A program made the position numbers and the translations under genes. DNA of 46,060 nt, from positions 1 to 46,060 of the IMG/VR virus record IMGVR_UViG_3300045988_015321; one strand, written 5' to 3'. Positions 31,901-40,754 of this stretch are shown here, in pieces (within the stretch, counting starts at the first letter, position 1; each line of letters starts with the position of its first letter). The notes under the pieces were generated by a model that had not been told where the DNA came from, ran no database searches, and saw only the letters and a list, made by a program, of their open reading frames with translations. The stretch is from a virus.

Positions 31901-32909
31901 CAAGAACATATCCTGTGCTTCCGTACATGGCTTCATTTTCTCTATTTTTTAGCTTGATTCCAGTAATCACAATATCATCACTAGAAACGGTTGGACTTGT
32001 AAAAAAGTCTTTGAGCTTTTCGGATGTGTCAGCTGCTGATTCGATCAGTGTTAAGAATCCATCACTATCAATTGTCCAGTTCCCTGTCGGACTGATAAAA
32101 CTTTCTGAGTCAATACTTGCGCCGCCTTTAAACGTAATGTTTCCATCAGCATCCGCAATTGCACCATAATCTTCTTGTATATTGGAAAAATCCCATCTGA
32201 TAAATTGCAAGTATCCTCTGTTATCCAGACGGACGTTCGCAGTCTCAAGCATTGCCGCCCATCCGAATAACTGGCGAAATGTCATATTTTCTGGAATCTC
32301 TGACACGATCAGATTTCCATGAGTCATGGAGACTTCTGACGGAATGCCAAGAGTCTCGCACGCATCTCTGACAAGAGTCTCTATTGACTGTGGCAGAACC
32401 AGATGAGATATATAAGTTGCGTTCGTTTTATACATATCGTCCAAAGCGGTAAAACTAAGGATTTCGCCATATTGTTCTGGTGTCGTAATTGTATAAATAC
32501 CTTTATCAATGGTTTCGATTCTGTCTTCTGTCGCTGCTTTTGTTGCCAGAATCGTACCGCTACTCTGGTCAAGAATTGGCTCATAGTTTTCATCCAGCAA
32601 TTCATCTGTTGTAGCCGGACTTGCTACAGAGGTCTGCATTTTAAGATACGCATGAACTTTTGCCATGTAGAAATTATAGTTTTTCCACTGATCGGAAGTG
32701 TTGTCCAACTCCAATGTCATGGATTTACAAACAACACAGCCAATCGGAAAGCTGCTACTTTCTGCACAATCGGAAAAAGTGCAGTTTTCACCCATAATTT
32801 CATCTTTTACGGTTTTTACAGTTCCGCCAGGAAAGGTGATTTCCACTTCCTGCCAGACTCTTTCTCCGTCCTGTAGTTTTTGCTTAAATGTATCAGATAC
32901 ATTAATCAA
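28980..32909 (-). CDS. Tail-associated / tail-fibre protein (1309 aa) with collagen-like stretch, three ~60-aa repeats and a C-terminal S74 intramolecular chaperone domain
   Basis: N-terminus is typical of phage minor structural (Tal-like) proteins. There are three repeats (IRYASMPDG.., HLAYANSADGKTDFSVDN.., HIAYANSADGKTEFSVDN..) and a G-X-Y run GAQGVPGKPGTDGKT. The C-terminus SSSKRYKDIGN...IAEDVEEYFP...LINQLYKKL matches the S74 chaperone. Confidence 0.9.
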   Translation of the reverse strand: MINVSDTFKQKLQDGERVWQEVEITFPGGTVKTVKDEIMGENCTFSDCAESSSFPIGCVVCKSMTLELDNTSDQWKNYNFYMAKVHAYLKMQTSVASPATTDELLDENYEPILDQSSGTILATKAATEDRIETIDKGIYTITTPEQYGEILSFTALDDMYKTNATYISHLVLPQSIETLVRDACETLGIPSEVSMTHGNLIVSEIPENMTFRQLFGWAAMLETANVRLDNRGYLQFIRWDFSNIQEDYGAIADADGNITFKGGASIDSESFISPTGNWTIDSDGFLTLIESAADTSEKLKDFFTSPTVSSDDIVITGIKLKNRENEAMYGSTGYVLELENDLVADSDLDTVAAQIGDSIIGAKFRNMSGELVYNPLIEFGDMAYTYDRKWNKYITPLTDVSCSVNGKTTVKTQADDPIRGMSKFQSESTKAIVEARRLVKKEKTAREKAVEKLEETLKNSSGLYETSVTQEDGSTITYLHDKLTLAESKNVIKFTAEAIGVSNDGGKTYPYGFFLTGDLIAKILYAHGINADYIDTGALTVRDSDGNIIFQVDMDTKKVIISGDNVVIGDSSLPDKLTKMDNNIADAKNMTFQLSNDMQTITSDADGNIPVFPTVATTAKVMYGSSDITNDCSYTITKSDSVTGSWDESTHTYTVTGLSADDGWVDIKAVYLINLAVVKRFTISKQKQGLEGDKGIPGKTPTIRYASMPDGTDMSDNPKYVKLLDSAGNIISDSTGDIIYTSGEAFYVGFLKESAEVDSTNPSDYEWSRYKGTDGLTQYTHLAYANSADGKTDFSVDNPNREYIGMYVDFEEQDSTNPEKYAWTLVKGANGAQGVPGKPGTDGKTPYFHIAYANSADGKTEFSVDNSVDKLYIGQYTDYLPDDSTDPAKYSWTKIKGNDGTPGRTYYLRANAGVLMMGQDKKITPNPFKVHAYYRDGQGDEATFKTWWVVEYSKNSGKTWTKLAFNVQTSGITINLDSYSLGADGMIRATIYTDSGRTKIADQQTWQVAVDVGMLTQEQIVEILSNDGEFKGLYYLNGHLYISLDALMGNAAILGGAKNGNGYLKIKDKKGTVKGLIDYSGYTAFTSYEENSTRMKYTGICFSDTGINPVSAEKYFSSTADIEYVETAWGIDWTAEELNISATEVSADTGTFGDLTVTNSASFAKSPKIENMEYTTSSNTICWDGRTGYKQLMLKSSSSKRYKDIGNDISEQEIEEWYNIEPLWAKYKEGYLVKGDENEGRYIPMFIAEDVEEYFPEATRHANGLVEDWNERIMIPAMFAMIKSQKEQLDRQEKLINQLYKKLNIEKEN

Positions 32910-33300
32910 GTGGATTCACCCCCTGCATGTTAAAAGATATTTTTGATACAAATTTTAAGTCTGGCGAAATTTCTCCAATAGTTAGGTTTGCTTTTCCGAC
33001 ATAAAACGGGTCTGTTCGCCATGCCATGTGATACAGTGACCAATGATACAAATTGAAAGTTTTTCCTTTTGCGATAATTTTGAGAATTTTGTTTGCTTCT
33101 ATGACTGGAACGTTTGATGCTTCATAGCTATACTGTTCGACTGTAAACAATGGAGTCAGCAATGCTTTTCCGAACTGCGTGCGGTTACTACCTTCTGAAT
33201 AAGTTGTTTCAAGGTTATAACCCATATCTTTATCTGGCTGATAGATGGAAGCCCCATTCATTTTGTATCGTTCTGTTATGCTTTTTGGAATAGTTGCCAC
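32902..33300 (-). CDS. Putative distal tail protein (short)
   Basis: Lies between the tape measure and the Tal-like protein. GTG start with SD GGAGG 7 nt upstream. Confidence 0.5.
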   Translation of the reverse strand: MATIPKSITERYKMNGASIYQPDKDMGYNLETTYSEGSNRTQFGKALLTPLFTVEQYSYEASNVPVIEANKILKIIAKGKTFNLYHWSLYHMAWRTDPFYVGKANLTIGEISPDLKFVSKISFNMQGVNPLD

Positions 33301-33311
33301 GCTTCCACCTC

Positions 33312-36023
33312 CTATGCCAGTTCAAACGGGTTTCTGCCGCTTGTATTCTGTCTCAACTTTGCTTCTTCGATAATTTCATCAAATACTGTTCTTCGGTTAA
33401 TCTGAGCAGTAAAATGATAATCTCCACCGGAATTGCTTCCGGATTCTTCGCGAACAATCTTTCTGAGCAGCGCTTCTGGTGTTTCAATGTTATTGCCCTG
33501 TTTCTGGTCGCCCAGGACAGCCAGAAATTCGCTTCTTGGTGGAATAACTGCACCTTTTGCCAGATATGGAATAGTCGGTACTCTTGGAAAGCTTGCGCTA
33601 AATCCGATCGTCTTAGAGCCGAATGGTGTAGGCACTTCCCACGGACCAAATGACATTGCAGATTCAATTCCACTGATCGCGCCGTTCACCGTACCGATTG
33701 CGCCATTTACGATACCGATAACTTTATTGAATATCTCTTTAACTTTGTTTTTAATACCCTCGAACGTATCAATAACCTTGTCTCTTGCACTTTTGAATTT
33801 ATCAACGATTCCATCAACTATCCTCTTTACAACTTCTTTTATAGTGGACCATATAGCGCTCCACTTTTCTTTTGCACTTGATTTGATACCATTCCAAATA
33901 GAAACAATCTTTTCTGCCAAATCACTTAGTTTGGATTTTATTCCATCAACGAAAGCTATGGTTTTGTCTTTAATCCAACTCCATACCGCACCTGCAACTT
34001 CTTTTATTTTGTCCCAGTTTTTGTACAGCAATACACCAATCGCAATGCAAGCTGTTACTGCTGCTATAAAAATTCCGCCCGGTCCGACAGCTGTCGCAAT
34101 GGCTTTGATTCCACCAATAATGCCGCCAGAGCCGGTCATGAGTGCAATAAGACCCTTAATGAAACTTGCTACTGTCGTTATACTTCCTGCGATTCTCGAA
34201 GCTAAGCCTGCAATCTTCGCTGCCGCAAATGCTCCGATCAGAGCTGCGCCAAATGCTTCAATGATTGATTGATGATCTGCAAAGAATCCAGCCAAATCAG
34301 ACACTAGGTTAATCACTGTCGGAATTCCTGTTTCAATCAGCCATTTCAGCATTGGGAGAACAATATTGTTATAAATCCATTCAAGAACATTTCCGATAGA
34401 TTCCAGAATTGGCGCAAAGGTACTGGTCAGGTTACTGATGGATTCTAGTAACGGATAAAAGTTCAAGTTCGCCGCCCATGTTGCTGTATCCTCTGCGATT
34501 TTTTCAACAAACTGCATAACCACCACAAGGGCGTCTGCAATGTTCTGTATGATCTGCGTTCCAACATTGTTCTTATTCCACGCATCCGCAAAACCGGATG
34601 CAATATTCCCGATAGTTTTAAGCACGTTCTGAGCAATCCTCAGCATGGTCGTAAGCATCGTTGTGCCTGTGCCATTTGTCCAGACCTCTACAAGGCTTTT
34701 ACCTACACTTACAGCGAGCTTTTTGAGTCCATCAAGTGCGACTTTTGCTGCATTAATGGTATTCTTACCCTCTTTTTTCCATGCGTCCTGGAATGGTTTC
34801 CAGAGTTTCTTGAGCAGGTCAGCAAGTTTCTTTGCGGAATCGCTAATCTTGTCAAGTGCGGTTTCGCCTTCTGCGAGATTGCCGTAGTCCACATTACCAA
34901 CTGAACTCGGAAGGCCACTGTTACCTGCTCCACCACTTCCACCAGATGAAGATGGTGTGGAAGATGAATTGCTGCCAGTAGATGTGACTTTGTGAACTTC
35001 ATCAAGTGACGAAAGATAGTTTTTGGTTTCCTTATTCGCTTTTTTTGTTGCTTTTGCATTGTCGTTCGTGGCATCTGCCAGTTTCTCTGCATTATCTGCC
35101 GCCTGTCCATACTGGTCCGCTGTATCTGCGATCGCGTCTGTTCCGGCAAGACCCGCTCCACTTCCGCTCGTTTGACCGGAAGATTTCTTGCCAGTAATAA
35201 GCTCCGTGAATGACTTAAATGCGTTTGCCAGAGTCGCCAGTTTGCCGAGAAGAATATTGATTACTTTCAGAACAGGTGTAAAAATATTAATCAGCCCTTG
35301 TCCGACTGTTGCCTTGAGGGACTGCAACTGCAACTGCATCACTCGCACCTGGTTCGCCCAGCTGTCAGAAGTACGAATGAAGTCACCAGATGCGGCTGAT
35401 AACTGTTCCTGCACAAAAGCAAAGCGGAGAGCAACTTTCTCCTGTTCAGTCATTGCAGATGTGGTCTTGCCGTAGCCATTTGCAAGTGCATATTGGTCAA
35501 GTGCCGACTGGGTCATTACCACGCCCAAATCTTTTAATGTTTCCGTTTCACCCGTAAACACTGATTTCAGTTTGATATAAGCCAAGTCCTGACTGATGTT
35601 GTAGAATGATGCCACATCACCAGTCAACTGTGTTAGAGCCGTTGACATGTCGTAAGCCTGTGCTTCTGAGAATCCGAACGACTTAGACATTGCTCCGAAC
35701 GTACCGACATACCTTTTTGCCATGGTTTCTGACAGTCCGGCTGAGGTCATGGCATTCTTTGCGAATTCGTTCACCTTATCCGACATGGTGGTAAATGTAA
35801 CATCGACCACGTTCTGCACTTCTGCGAGGTCAGAGCCAAGTTCCACGCACTCTTTTCCAAACTGTACCAATTTACCAACAGCAAAAGCCCCACCAATTAA
35901 CAGACCGATTTTTTTTACAGCACTTCCAAGGCCGTTAAATGACTGTTTTATAGCTGATACGCCATTTTGGACACCGGTTGTATCCATTCTGGTATCAATA
36001 ATGACTGAGCCATCAGCAGCCAT
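33312..36023 (-). CDS. Tape measure protein
   Basis: 903 aa, helical with hydrophobic glycine-rich segments and a central S/G-rich linker. Lies downstream of the chaperone pair. Confidence 0.9.
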   Translation of the reverse strand: MAADGSVIIDTRMDTTGVQNGVSAIKQSFNGLGSAVKKIGLLIGGAFAVGKLVQFGKECVELGSDLAEVQNVVDVTFTTMSDKVNEFAKNAMTSAGLSETMAKRYVGTFGAMSKSFGFSEAQAYDMSTALTQLTGDVASFYNISQDLAYIKLKSVFTGETETLKDLGVVMTQSALDQYALANGYGKTTSAMTEQEKVALRFAFVQEQLSAASGDFIRTSDSWANQVRVMQLQLQSLKATVGQGLINIFTPVLKVINILLGKLATLANAFKSFTELITGKKSSGQTSGSGAGLAGTDAIADTADQYGQAADNAEKLADATNDNAKATKKANKETKNYLSSLDEVHKVTSTGSNSSSTPSSSGGSGGAGNSGLPSSVGNVDYGNLAEGETALDKISDSAKKLADLLKKLWKPFQDAWKKEGKNTINAAKVALDGLKKLAVSVGKSLVEVWTNGTGTTMLTTMLRIAQNVLKTIGNIASGFADAWNKNNVGTQIIQNIADALVVVMQFVEKIAEDTATWAANLNFYPLLESISNLTSTFAPILESIGNVLEWIYNNIVLPMLKWLIETGIPTVINLVSDLAGFFADHQSIIEAFGAALIGAFAAAKIAGLASRIAGSITTVASFIKGLIALMTGSGGIIGGIKAIATAVGPGGIFIAAVTACIAIGVLLYKNWDKIKEVAGAVWSWIKDKTIAFVDGIKSKLSDLAEKIVSIWNGIKSSAKEKWSAIWSTIKEVVKRIVDGIVDKFKSARDKVIDTFEGIKNKVKEIFNKVIGIVNGAIGTVNGAISGIESAMSFGPWEVPTPFGSKTIGFSASFPRVPTIPYLAKGAVIPPRSEFLAVLGDQKQGNNIETPEALLRKIVREESGSNSGGDYHFTAQINRRTVFDEIIEEAKLRQNTSGRNPFELA

Positions 36024-36038
36024 ACATTCACCTCCTAA

Positions 36039-36611
36039 CTATTTGAGGTTTAACATCTCATTCAGCGCATCCTTGTACGCTTGCTCCTCTTCGCTGAGAC
36101 GTGTTTTTATATCAATAATGTTCTTATTTTCCTGATAGAATTTCTTTTCCCATTTTTCAAGCCGTTCGCCTTTTGCTTTTTTTGAACGGATTCCAACAAC
36201 CGTGTTGAACAGGCATTCGTCGGATTCCATGAAGTATCCGAAGAACGTCCACCAGTGCATATAAGGTACTGATCTGATTTCTTTACCAGTAACCTTGTTT
36301 ACAGCCGGTACAATCATGTCTCCGTCCTGTTCCCAGTCCATCAAACGGGGTTTTGGGCGGTTCGGATTATCGTCAGACTGTCCGCAGTCGATGAACTCAT
36401 AAGCTTTTTGAAGAGCTTCGCTTAAATTTTCTTCTGGTATCTCCCACCATTTTTCGTACATTATCTGAACAGCAATTATTGCTTTCGCTTCATTGCTAAA
36501 ATCCGGATTTCCAAGAGCGATTAATATGCCTATTATTTTTCGAAAATCCGTTCTGATAGAAAAATCCACCCCACTTATGTTCAGTGAGGTGGGAAGCTCA
36601 TAGGCGGTCAT
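36039..36611 (-). CDS. Gp15-like tail assembly protein
   Basis: Position and pattern (FSIRTDFRKIIGILIAL...) are typical of the Phage_Gp15 family that precedes tape measures. Confidence 0.7.
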   Translation of the reverse strand: MTAYELPTSLNISGVDFSIRTDFRKIIGILIALGNPDFSNEAKAIIAVQIMYEKWWEIPEENLSEALQKAYEFIDCGQSDDNPNRPKPRLMDWEQDGDMIVPAVNKVTGKEIRSVPYMHWWTFFGYFMESDECLFNTVVGIRSKKAKGERLEKWEKKFYQENKNIIDIKTRLSEEEQAYKDALNEMLNLK

Positions 36612-37033
36612 TTTGTATATTTCTCCACGTACTTATTGACTGCCGTCTGCATTTTCTTTTTTCTCTTTTCGATTTCCGGTGCGATTGCTTCTGCGATCTT
36701 GTCAAGTACGATGTAGGCGAATACCTGACCATTGCCGAATACAGTAGTCGCTGTGATCGGCTCCTTGAACAGGTCTTTTGATGCTTCATATCCGAGCAGA
36801 TAGTTGATTTTGTCTTCGATCTGTTTGTTCAGTTCTGCCACTTCCTTACCAGATGTGACTTTTTGAATAGAATTTTTAAGCTGGTCAAAGTACTCTCCCA
36901 GTTCCTCCGCACGTGCTGCTACATTGATATCAGTCGGGTTAAGCTTGAAAGAAGAAAAAACTTCGTCTTCGTTGTTGGTAAACGTGAATGTAAAAATTCC
37001 ATCATCAATTTTGGTATTAATTACTTTTGCCAT
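36608..37033 (-). CDS. Tail assembly chaperone
   Basis: 141-aa acidic protein between the major tail protein and Gp15, with a 4-nt overlap. Confidence 0.65.
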   Translation of the reverse strand: MAKVINTKIDDGIFTFTFTNNEDEVFSSFKLNPTDINVAARAEELGEYFDQLKNSIQKVTSGKEVAELNKQIEDKINYLLGYEASKDLFKEPITATTVFGNGQVFAYIVLDKIAEAIAPEIEKRKKKMQTAVNKYVEKYTK

Positions 37034-37059
37034 TTAGCATATCCTCCTTGTGTATGTGC

Positions 37060-37560
37060 TTATTCACTGTCAGCTGTGAATGTACCGGAACTGATATCAA
37101 ATTTTCCTTTTACACGTTCGCCAACATAGTTGACAGTAAATGGAATCTGATAGCCAGATGTGTCTCCACCGTAGGATGTCGGCACAACGTAGCAATCCTG
37201 CTGATATGCTTCATACTTGCCTGCTGTGGCTTCCGTCCAGAGATGGACTTCAACTGCTTTTGTCTTGAGGTTATCGTCTTTGAGGCGTCCGTCTACAATC
37301 TTCTGTAACGCCGTGAATAGGTCAGAAGTGGTATCTGCATAAAATGGATCGGCATCAGAAGATACCTCATAGCCGTTATGCTTAAATGTGGATTCTCCAA
37401 GAATATTTTTAGATGTTTCGGTATCCGGGTTGAGTTCGATGTTGTACTCTTCCAGATCCTTTCCAAGACGCTCATATTTCGGTGTCAGTCCTCCGCAGAG
37501 GGAACCTGCATCAATGTAATGAGCCATATATTTACGGTCAATTTTTCCTGTAACTGCCAT
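37060..37560 (-). CDS. Major tail protein
   Basis: Start MAVTGKIDRKYMAHYID with SD GAAAGGA 7 nt upstream. Size and position match TP901-1/phi13-type major tail proteins. Confidence 0.75.
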   Translation of the reverse strand: MAVTGKIDRKYMAHYIDAGSLCGGLTPKYERLGKDLEEYNIELNPDTETSKNILGESTFKHNGYEVSSDADPFYADTTSDLFTALQKIVDGRLKDDNLKTKAVEVHLWTEATAGKYEAYQQDCYVVPTSYGGDTSGYQIPFTVNYVGERVKGKFDISSGTFTADSE

Positions 37561-37641
37561 AGAAATGTCCTTTCTGCCTATAACTTTTAAAAGGCTGTGT
37601 AGGTTAGCGACTATCTCCAATTGATAGCCGGTTGTTACTTG

Positions 37642-38151
37642 TTATATTACTTCATAAGTATTTTCGTAGCGTACTGACAATGGCAATAACCAGTCCTGTA
37701 CGCCGTTCTCCTGCGGCTCTGTACCGTAGGAGTTTCCACGGGTTATACGTTTTATCACTCGCCCTTGCGAAAGCTCTGGAAACGCATTTAAACGTGTCTC
37801 AGTGCCATTTATGACAACTGGTTCTCTGCATATCCATTTACCGAGATTATCCAAAAATTTCTGAACAGATAATTTCTGCCTCTCCTTGTCGGATGCTGTT
37901 CGGTATACCACATAAAATGGATACTGGCATACCTGATGCATTACGCCACAAACATCTTCTTTTTCTGAATAGATCAGCGCCCCGTTGTCTGCTGAAAACG
38001 CAATTCCCGATTCTTTGCCAAGTTCCTCGAATTTGATTATTTCATTGTCGTGTAGTCCCGGATACTGGTTTAGAAGTGCTTTCATGGCGTCTGTCAGAAT
38101 GTCATATCCGGTTGCATCTACTCCGATAGGTTTATCTGCCATGTCTGCCAC
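37642..38151 (-). CDS. Head-tail joining / tail completion protein (Minor_capsid_2-like)
   Basis: 169-aa protein located between the head and tail genes. Confidence 0.6.
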   Translation of the reverse strand: MADMADKPIGVDATGYDILTDAMKALLNQYPGLHDNEIIKFEELGKESGIAFSADNGALIYSEKEDVCGVMHQVCQYPFYVVYRTASDKERQKLSVQKFLDNLGKWICREPVVINGTETRLNAFPELSQGRVIKRITRGNSYGTEPQENGVQDWLLPLSVRYENTYEVI

Positions 38152-38623
38152 CTCCTGCCTGTGCTTTTACTTTGCGAAGCCATGTACTGCCGTATTTTCG
38201 TTTAGCGGCATCGAACCATTCAGCTTGTACCTGAGTATGCGGTGATTTTGTATATTGAAGATTCTCCTTTGCGTTCGTCTTGCCAGAATACTGACTCACA
38301 AGAACCTTTTCCGCATCGTGTCTTGCCCATGTGCTACCTGTTGCGGGGTCGACCATGGTTTTTCCAAAATAAAGAAAACGTCCATATGGTTCTGCCGCCG
38401 CACATACAAATCCAGTCCCTTGCATCGATGTACTTTTGGCTCTTGTTCGGTCAATAAAATCTCCCGAAATCATTGGCATAAACTCTATCATACTGTCCAT
38501 AACCATTCCATCAAGGAGATACTGGGCTTCTTGGTACTGTCTGGAGAATCTATCCATATTCAACTTGATTTTCATATCTCCATCAACTACGGAGAATCCT
38601 TTAAAATGATGAATTTTGCTCAT
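38132..38623 (-). CDS. Head-tail joining protein (Minor_capsid_1 / gp10-like)
   Basis: Start MSKIHHFKGF immediately after the upstream stop. Position-based call. Confidence 0.6.
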   Translation of the reverse strand: MSKIHHFKGFSVVDGDMKIKLNMDRFSRQYQEAQYLLDGMVMDSMIEFMPMISGDFIDRTRAKSTSMQGTGFVCAAAEPYGRFLYFGKTMVDPATGSTWARHDAEKVLVSQYSGKTNAKENLQYTKSPHTQVQAEWFDAAKRKYGSTWLRKVKAQAGGGRHGR

Positions 38624-38624
38624 A

Positions 38625-39086
38625 TCACTTACCCAGAATCTCAAAATGCGGAATCAGTGTATATGGACCGCCTACACTGGTAATCTTGAATACGTTATCC
38701 TTATTCTCGTTCATGTACTGATAGAATCCGCTCCGATAATCACCATCAGATACCGTTCCGCCAGTCCACTCACCCTCCCAGAAGAACGATTCGTCTGAGA
38801 ATGTGATAGTATCTTCCAAAGCGTTGTTAATCTGCTGTTTCCACTCTTTAGGAGGCACATATGGGAGAATCTTACCGTCTTTATCAGTAATGGTTGCATC
38901 GCCGTTCTGGACAGTGTATCGAACGTGTAACTGTGCGTTGTCAGTTACATTTGGTCCGTACTTTTTGAGTATCGCTCCCTTATCCGTAATGAGGTCAACG
39001 CCGGATAAAACATGAGGATACCAGTACGCATCTCCTGTCGTGGCTGATTCGTAATAATCAAAAATCGTCACCGTTTTTTCGTACAT
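38625..39086 (-). CDS. Head closure / head-tail adaptor candidate
   Basis: 153-aa protein. Position-based call. Confidence 0.55.
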   Translation of the reverse strand: MYEKTVTIFDYYESATTGDAYWYPHVLSGVDLITDKGAILKKYGPNVTDNAQLHVRYTVQNGDATITDKDGKILPYVPPKEWKQQINNALEDTITFSDESFFWEGEWTGGTVSDGDYRSGFYQYMNENKDNVFKITSVGGPYTLIPHFEILGK

Positions 39087-39095
39087 GATACCCTC

Positions 39096-39737
39096 CTATC
39101 CTTCACATATTGCTTTTGAAAATCTATCAGAGAATGATTTTATTCGGACAATATTGCCTTTACACTCTTCCGGCATTTTCCCGTAAAAGATAATGCTTTC
39201 TGGGTGCAATTTCTCAATCATGGCATTGTAACCAGAAAGAAACAGTTCTTTCTTTTTCTTTCCATTCATGCAACCAACAGAAGATACTGCCACCGTTCCG
39301 CCCTCTGGTTCTCCATCAAAACACCAATCGTAAGAATCCGGTGTGCTCCATGATATTGTCGGAATCACCTTGCAACCATATTCTTGCAGGTACGCCCCGA
39401 TCCAGTGCTTGCGATAATGATTATAAATCTGGATAGCTTTCGGGAAATCGGTGTAAGTGCTGAAATCCGGTGTCAGAACATACCGGAATCGGCTCAACTT
39501 GTCCACGTACCTGTCTGGATTTCTCCATAGTGCGTCAAATTGGTAATCATCTAAGAAGAAATGAACAGCTTTCTCTTCTGGATTCTTGCAATTACCTCTT
39601 GCGTAATTGAAACCAATAAATTCGCAGTTCCCTTCGAATACTTCCGGGTATATCTGTGGTATGTCATATTCACCAATGCCGGGAAAGATACGGCGGTTTA
39701 GATTTTCGTAAGCTATGCTGGTTGATTTATCTGCCAT
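39096..39737 (-). CDS. DUF4417-like protein
   Basis: HFFLDDYQFDALWRNPDRY...VLTPDFSTYTDFPKAIQIYNHYRKHWIGAYLQEYGCKVIPTISW matches my recollection of the DUF4417 pattern. Confidence 0.65.
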   Translation of the reverse strand: MADKSTSIAYENLNRRIFPGIGEYDIPQIYPEVFEGNCEFIGFNYARGNCKNPEEKAVHFFLDDYQFDALWRNPDRYVDKLSRFRYVLTPDFSTYTDFPKAIQIYNHYRKHWIGAYLQEYGCKVIPTISWSTPDSYDWCFDGEPEGGTVAVSSVGCMNGKKKKELFLSGYNAMIEKLHPESIIFYGKMPEECKGNIVRIKSFSDRFSKAICEG

Positions 39738-39740
39738 AGG

Positions 39741-40121
39741 CTATCTCTTTCTTTTCATAGCTCTGGTCATAAGTCTGTTTCTTCTTGCTGTCTTCCTGTA
39801 TGCCGAATTGTCTTTCAAGCCCATGCCAAGTTCATAATCAGGACGGTTTGCGTGTTCTATCTCTCTGGCTTTCTCTGTTTTGTTCCAACTAGATACACTC
39901 ATTTTCTTTACAGTTGCGCCGTTGGATTCTACTCTTTTGCGAAACTCAGACGCAGACATGTTCAGTGGCGTTTCTTCGACATGCCCACCGATGCCGCGCT
40001 GATAATAATTCTGTTTGCCTTTTCTGGTAAACTTATATTCTGTTGTTTCTCCATTCATGGTAACAGAAAATGCGGTTTCTTTTGTTCCACTTAATCCACT
40101 ACTTCCGCCACGTCCGCCCAT
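39741..40121 (-). CDS. Basic hypothetical protein (MGGRGGSSG N-terminus)
   Basis: 126-aa K/R-rich ORF. Confidence 0.55.
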   Translation of the reverse strand: MGGRGGSSGLSGTKETAFSVTMNGETTEYKFTRKGKQNYYQRGIGGHVEETPLNMSASEFRKRVESNGATVKKMSVSSWNKTEKAREIEHANRPDYELGMGLKDNSAYRKTARRNRLMTRAMKRKR

Positions 40122-40125
40122 AAAG

Positions 40126-40395
40126 TCACTCTTTCTGCACTGTCTGCTTGATAACCTGATTCACTCCAGTAGCCGACAGCCCGTTAAACATACCAACCGC
40201 AACTGCTGTTATATAGTCCGATGCCGGGAAGTCCGGGATAATTCCCATTCCGACCGCTCCGAGAATTCCACCAATAACCGCCATGATTACCGGGATCCAT
40301 TCATCAGAGATTCTTTTTGATGCTTTACAGCCCATTCCTACGATGTAGCAAATCATAACGATTGCTACGCATGAGCCTAATGTTGAAATATCCAT
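40126..40395 (-). CDS. Holin-like membrane protein (Hol118/phage_holin_1-like)
   Basis: 89 aa with 2-3 TM segments. EWIPVIMAVIGGILGAVGMGI...GMFNGLSATGVNQ resembles A118-type holins. Confidence 0.7.
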   Translation of the reverse strand: MDISTLGSCVAIVMICYIVGMGCKASKRISDEWIPVIMAVIGGILGAVGMGIIPDFPASDYITAVAVGMFNGLSATGVNQVIKQTVQKE

Positions 40396-40406
40396 TATTT
40401 TTCACC

Positions 40407-40754
40407 TCACATTAATTTAAGTTCATTGAATACTTTAAAAATTTTCGGTGACTGAATAGCAAACCAGTCAACCGTAGTTTCGTCATGTCCGAACTGCTCT
40501 GTATGTTGCCAGTTGCACTGCAATCCGCTTTCCGACAAGAACGCATGAATAATTTCATGTCTCAACTGCTTTTTCTGTAAGGAATCAAAATCACCAACAT
40601 TATTTGCGTTGTCTGTTCTGATAACAATTTCTTTTGATGTATTGTCTGTGTAGCCGTCAACATCTGCATTTTTTAATTCTTTTGGACTAATTTTGTAAAC
40701 CGTCCCGAGAACATTAATATTACATTCCTGCATATAAAATTGGTACTCCTTCAT
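40407..40754 (-). CDS. Small HExxH-motif protein (putative zinc metallopeptidase)
   Basis: LRHEIIHAF plus a downstream GHDE. Confidence 0.55.
   Translation of the reverse strand: MKEYQFYMQECNINVLGTVYKISPKELKNADVDGYTDNTSKEIVIRTDNANNVGDFDSLQKKQLRHEIIHAFLSESGLQCNWQHTEQFGHDETTVDWFAIQSPKIFKVFNELKLM

Noticed and set aside
33433-34272. 279-aa plus-strand ORF antisense to the tape measure gene, along with other antisense ORFs at 34645-34887, 35188-35475 and 35722-36135.
   Set aside because: These are typical antisense shadows of a compositionally biased gene. They have no RBS, give a low-complexity P/S/I/L-rich translation, and lie entirely inside a confidently called gene.
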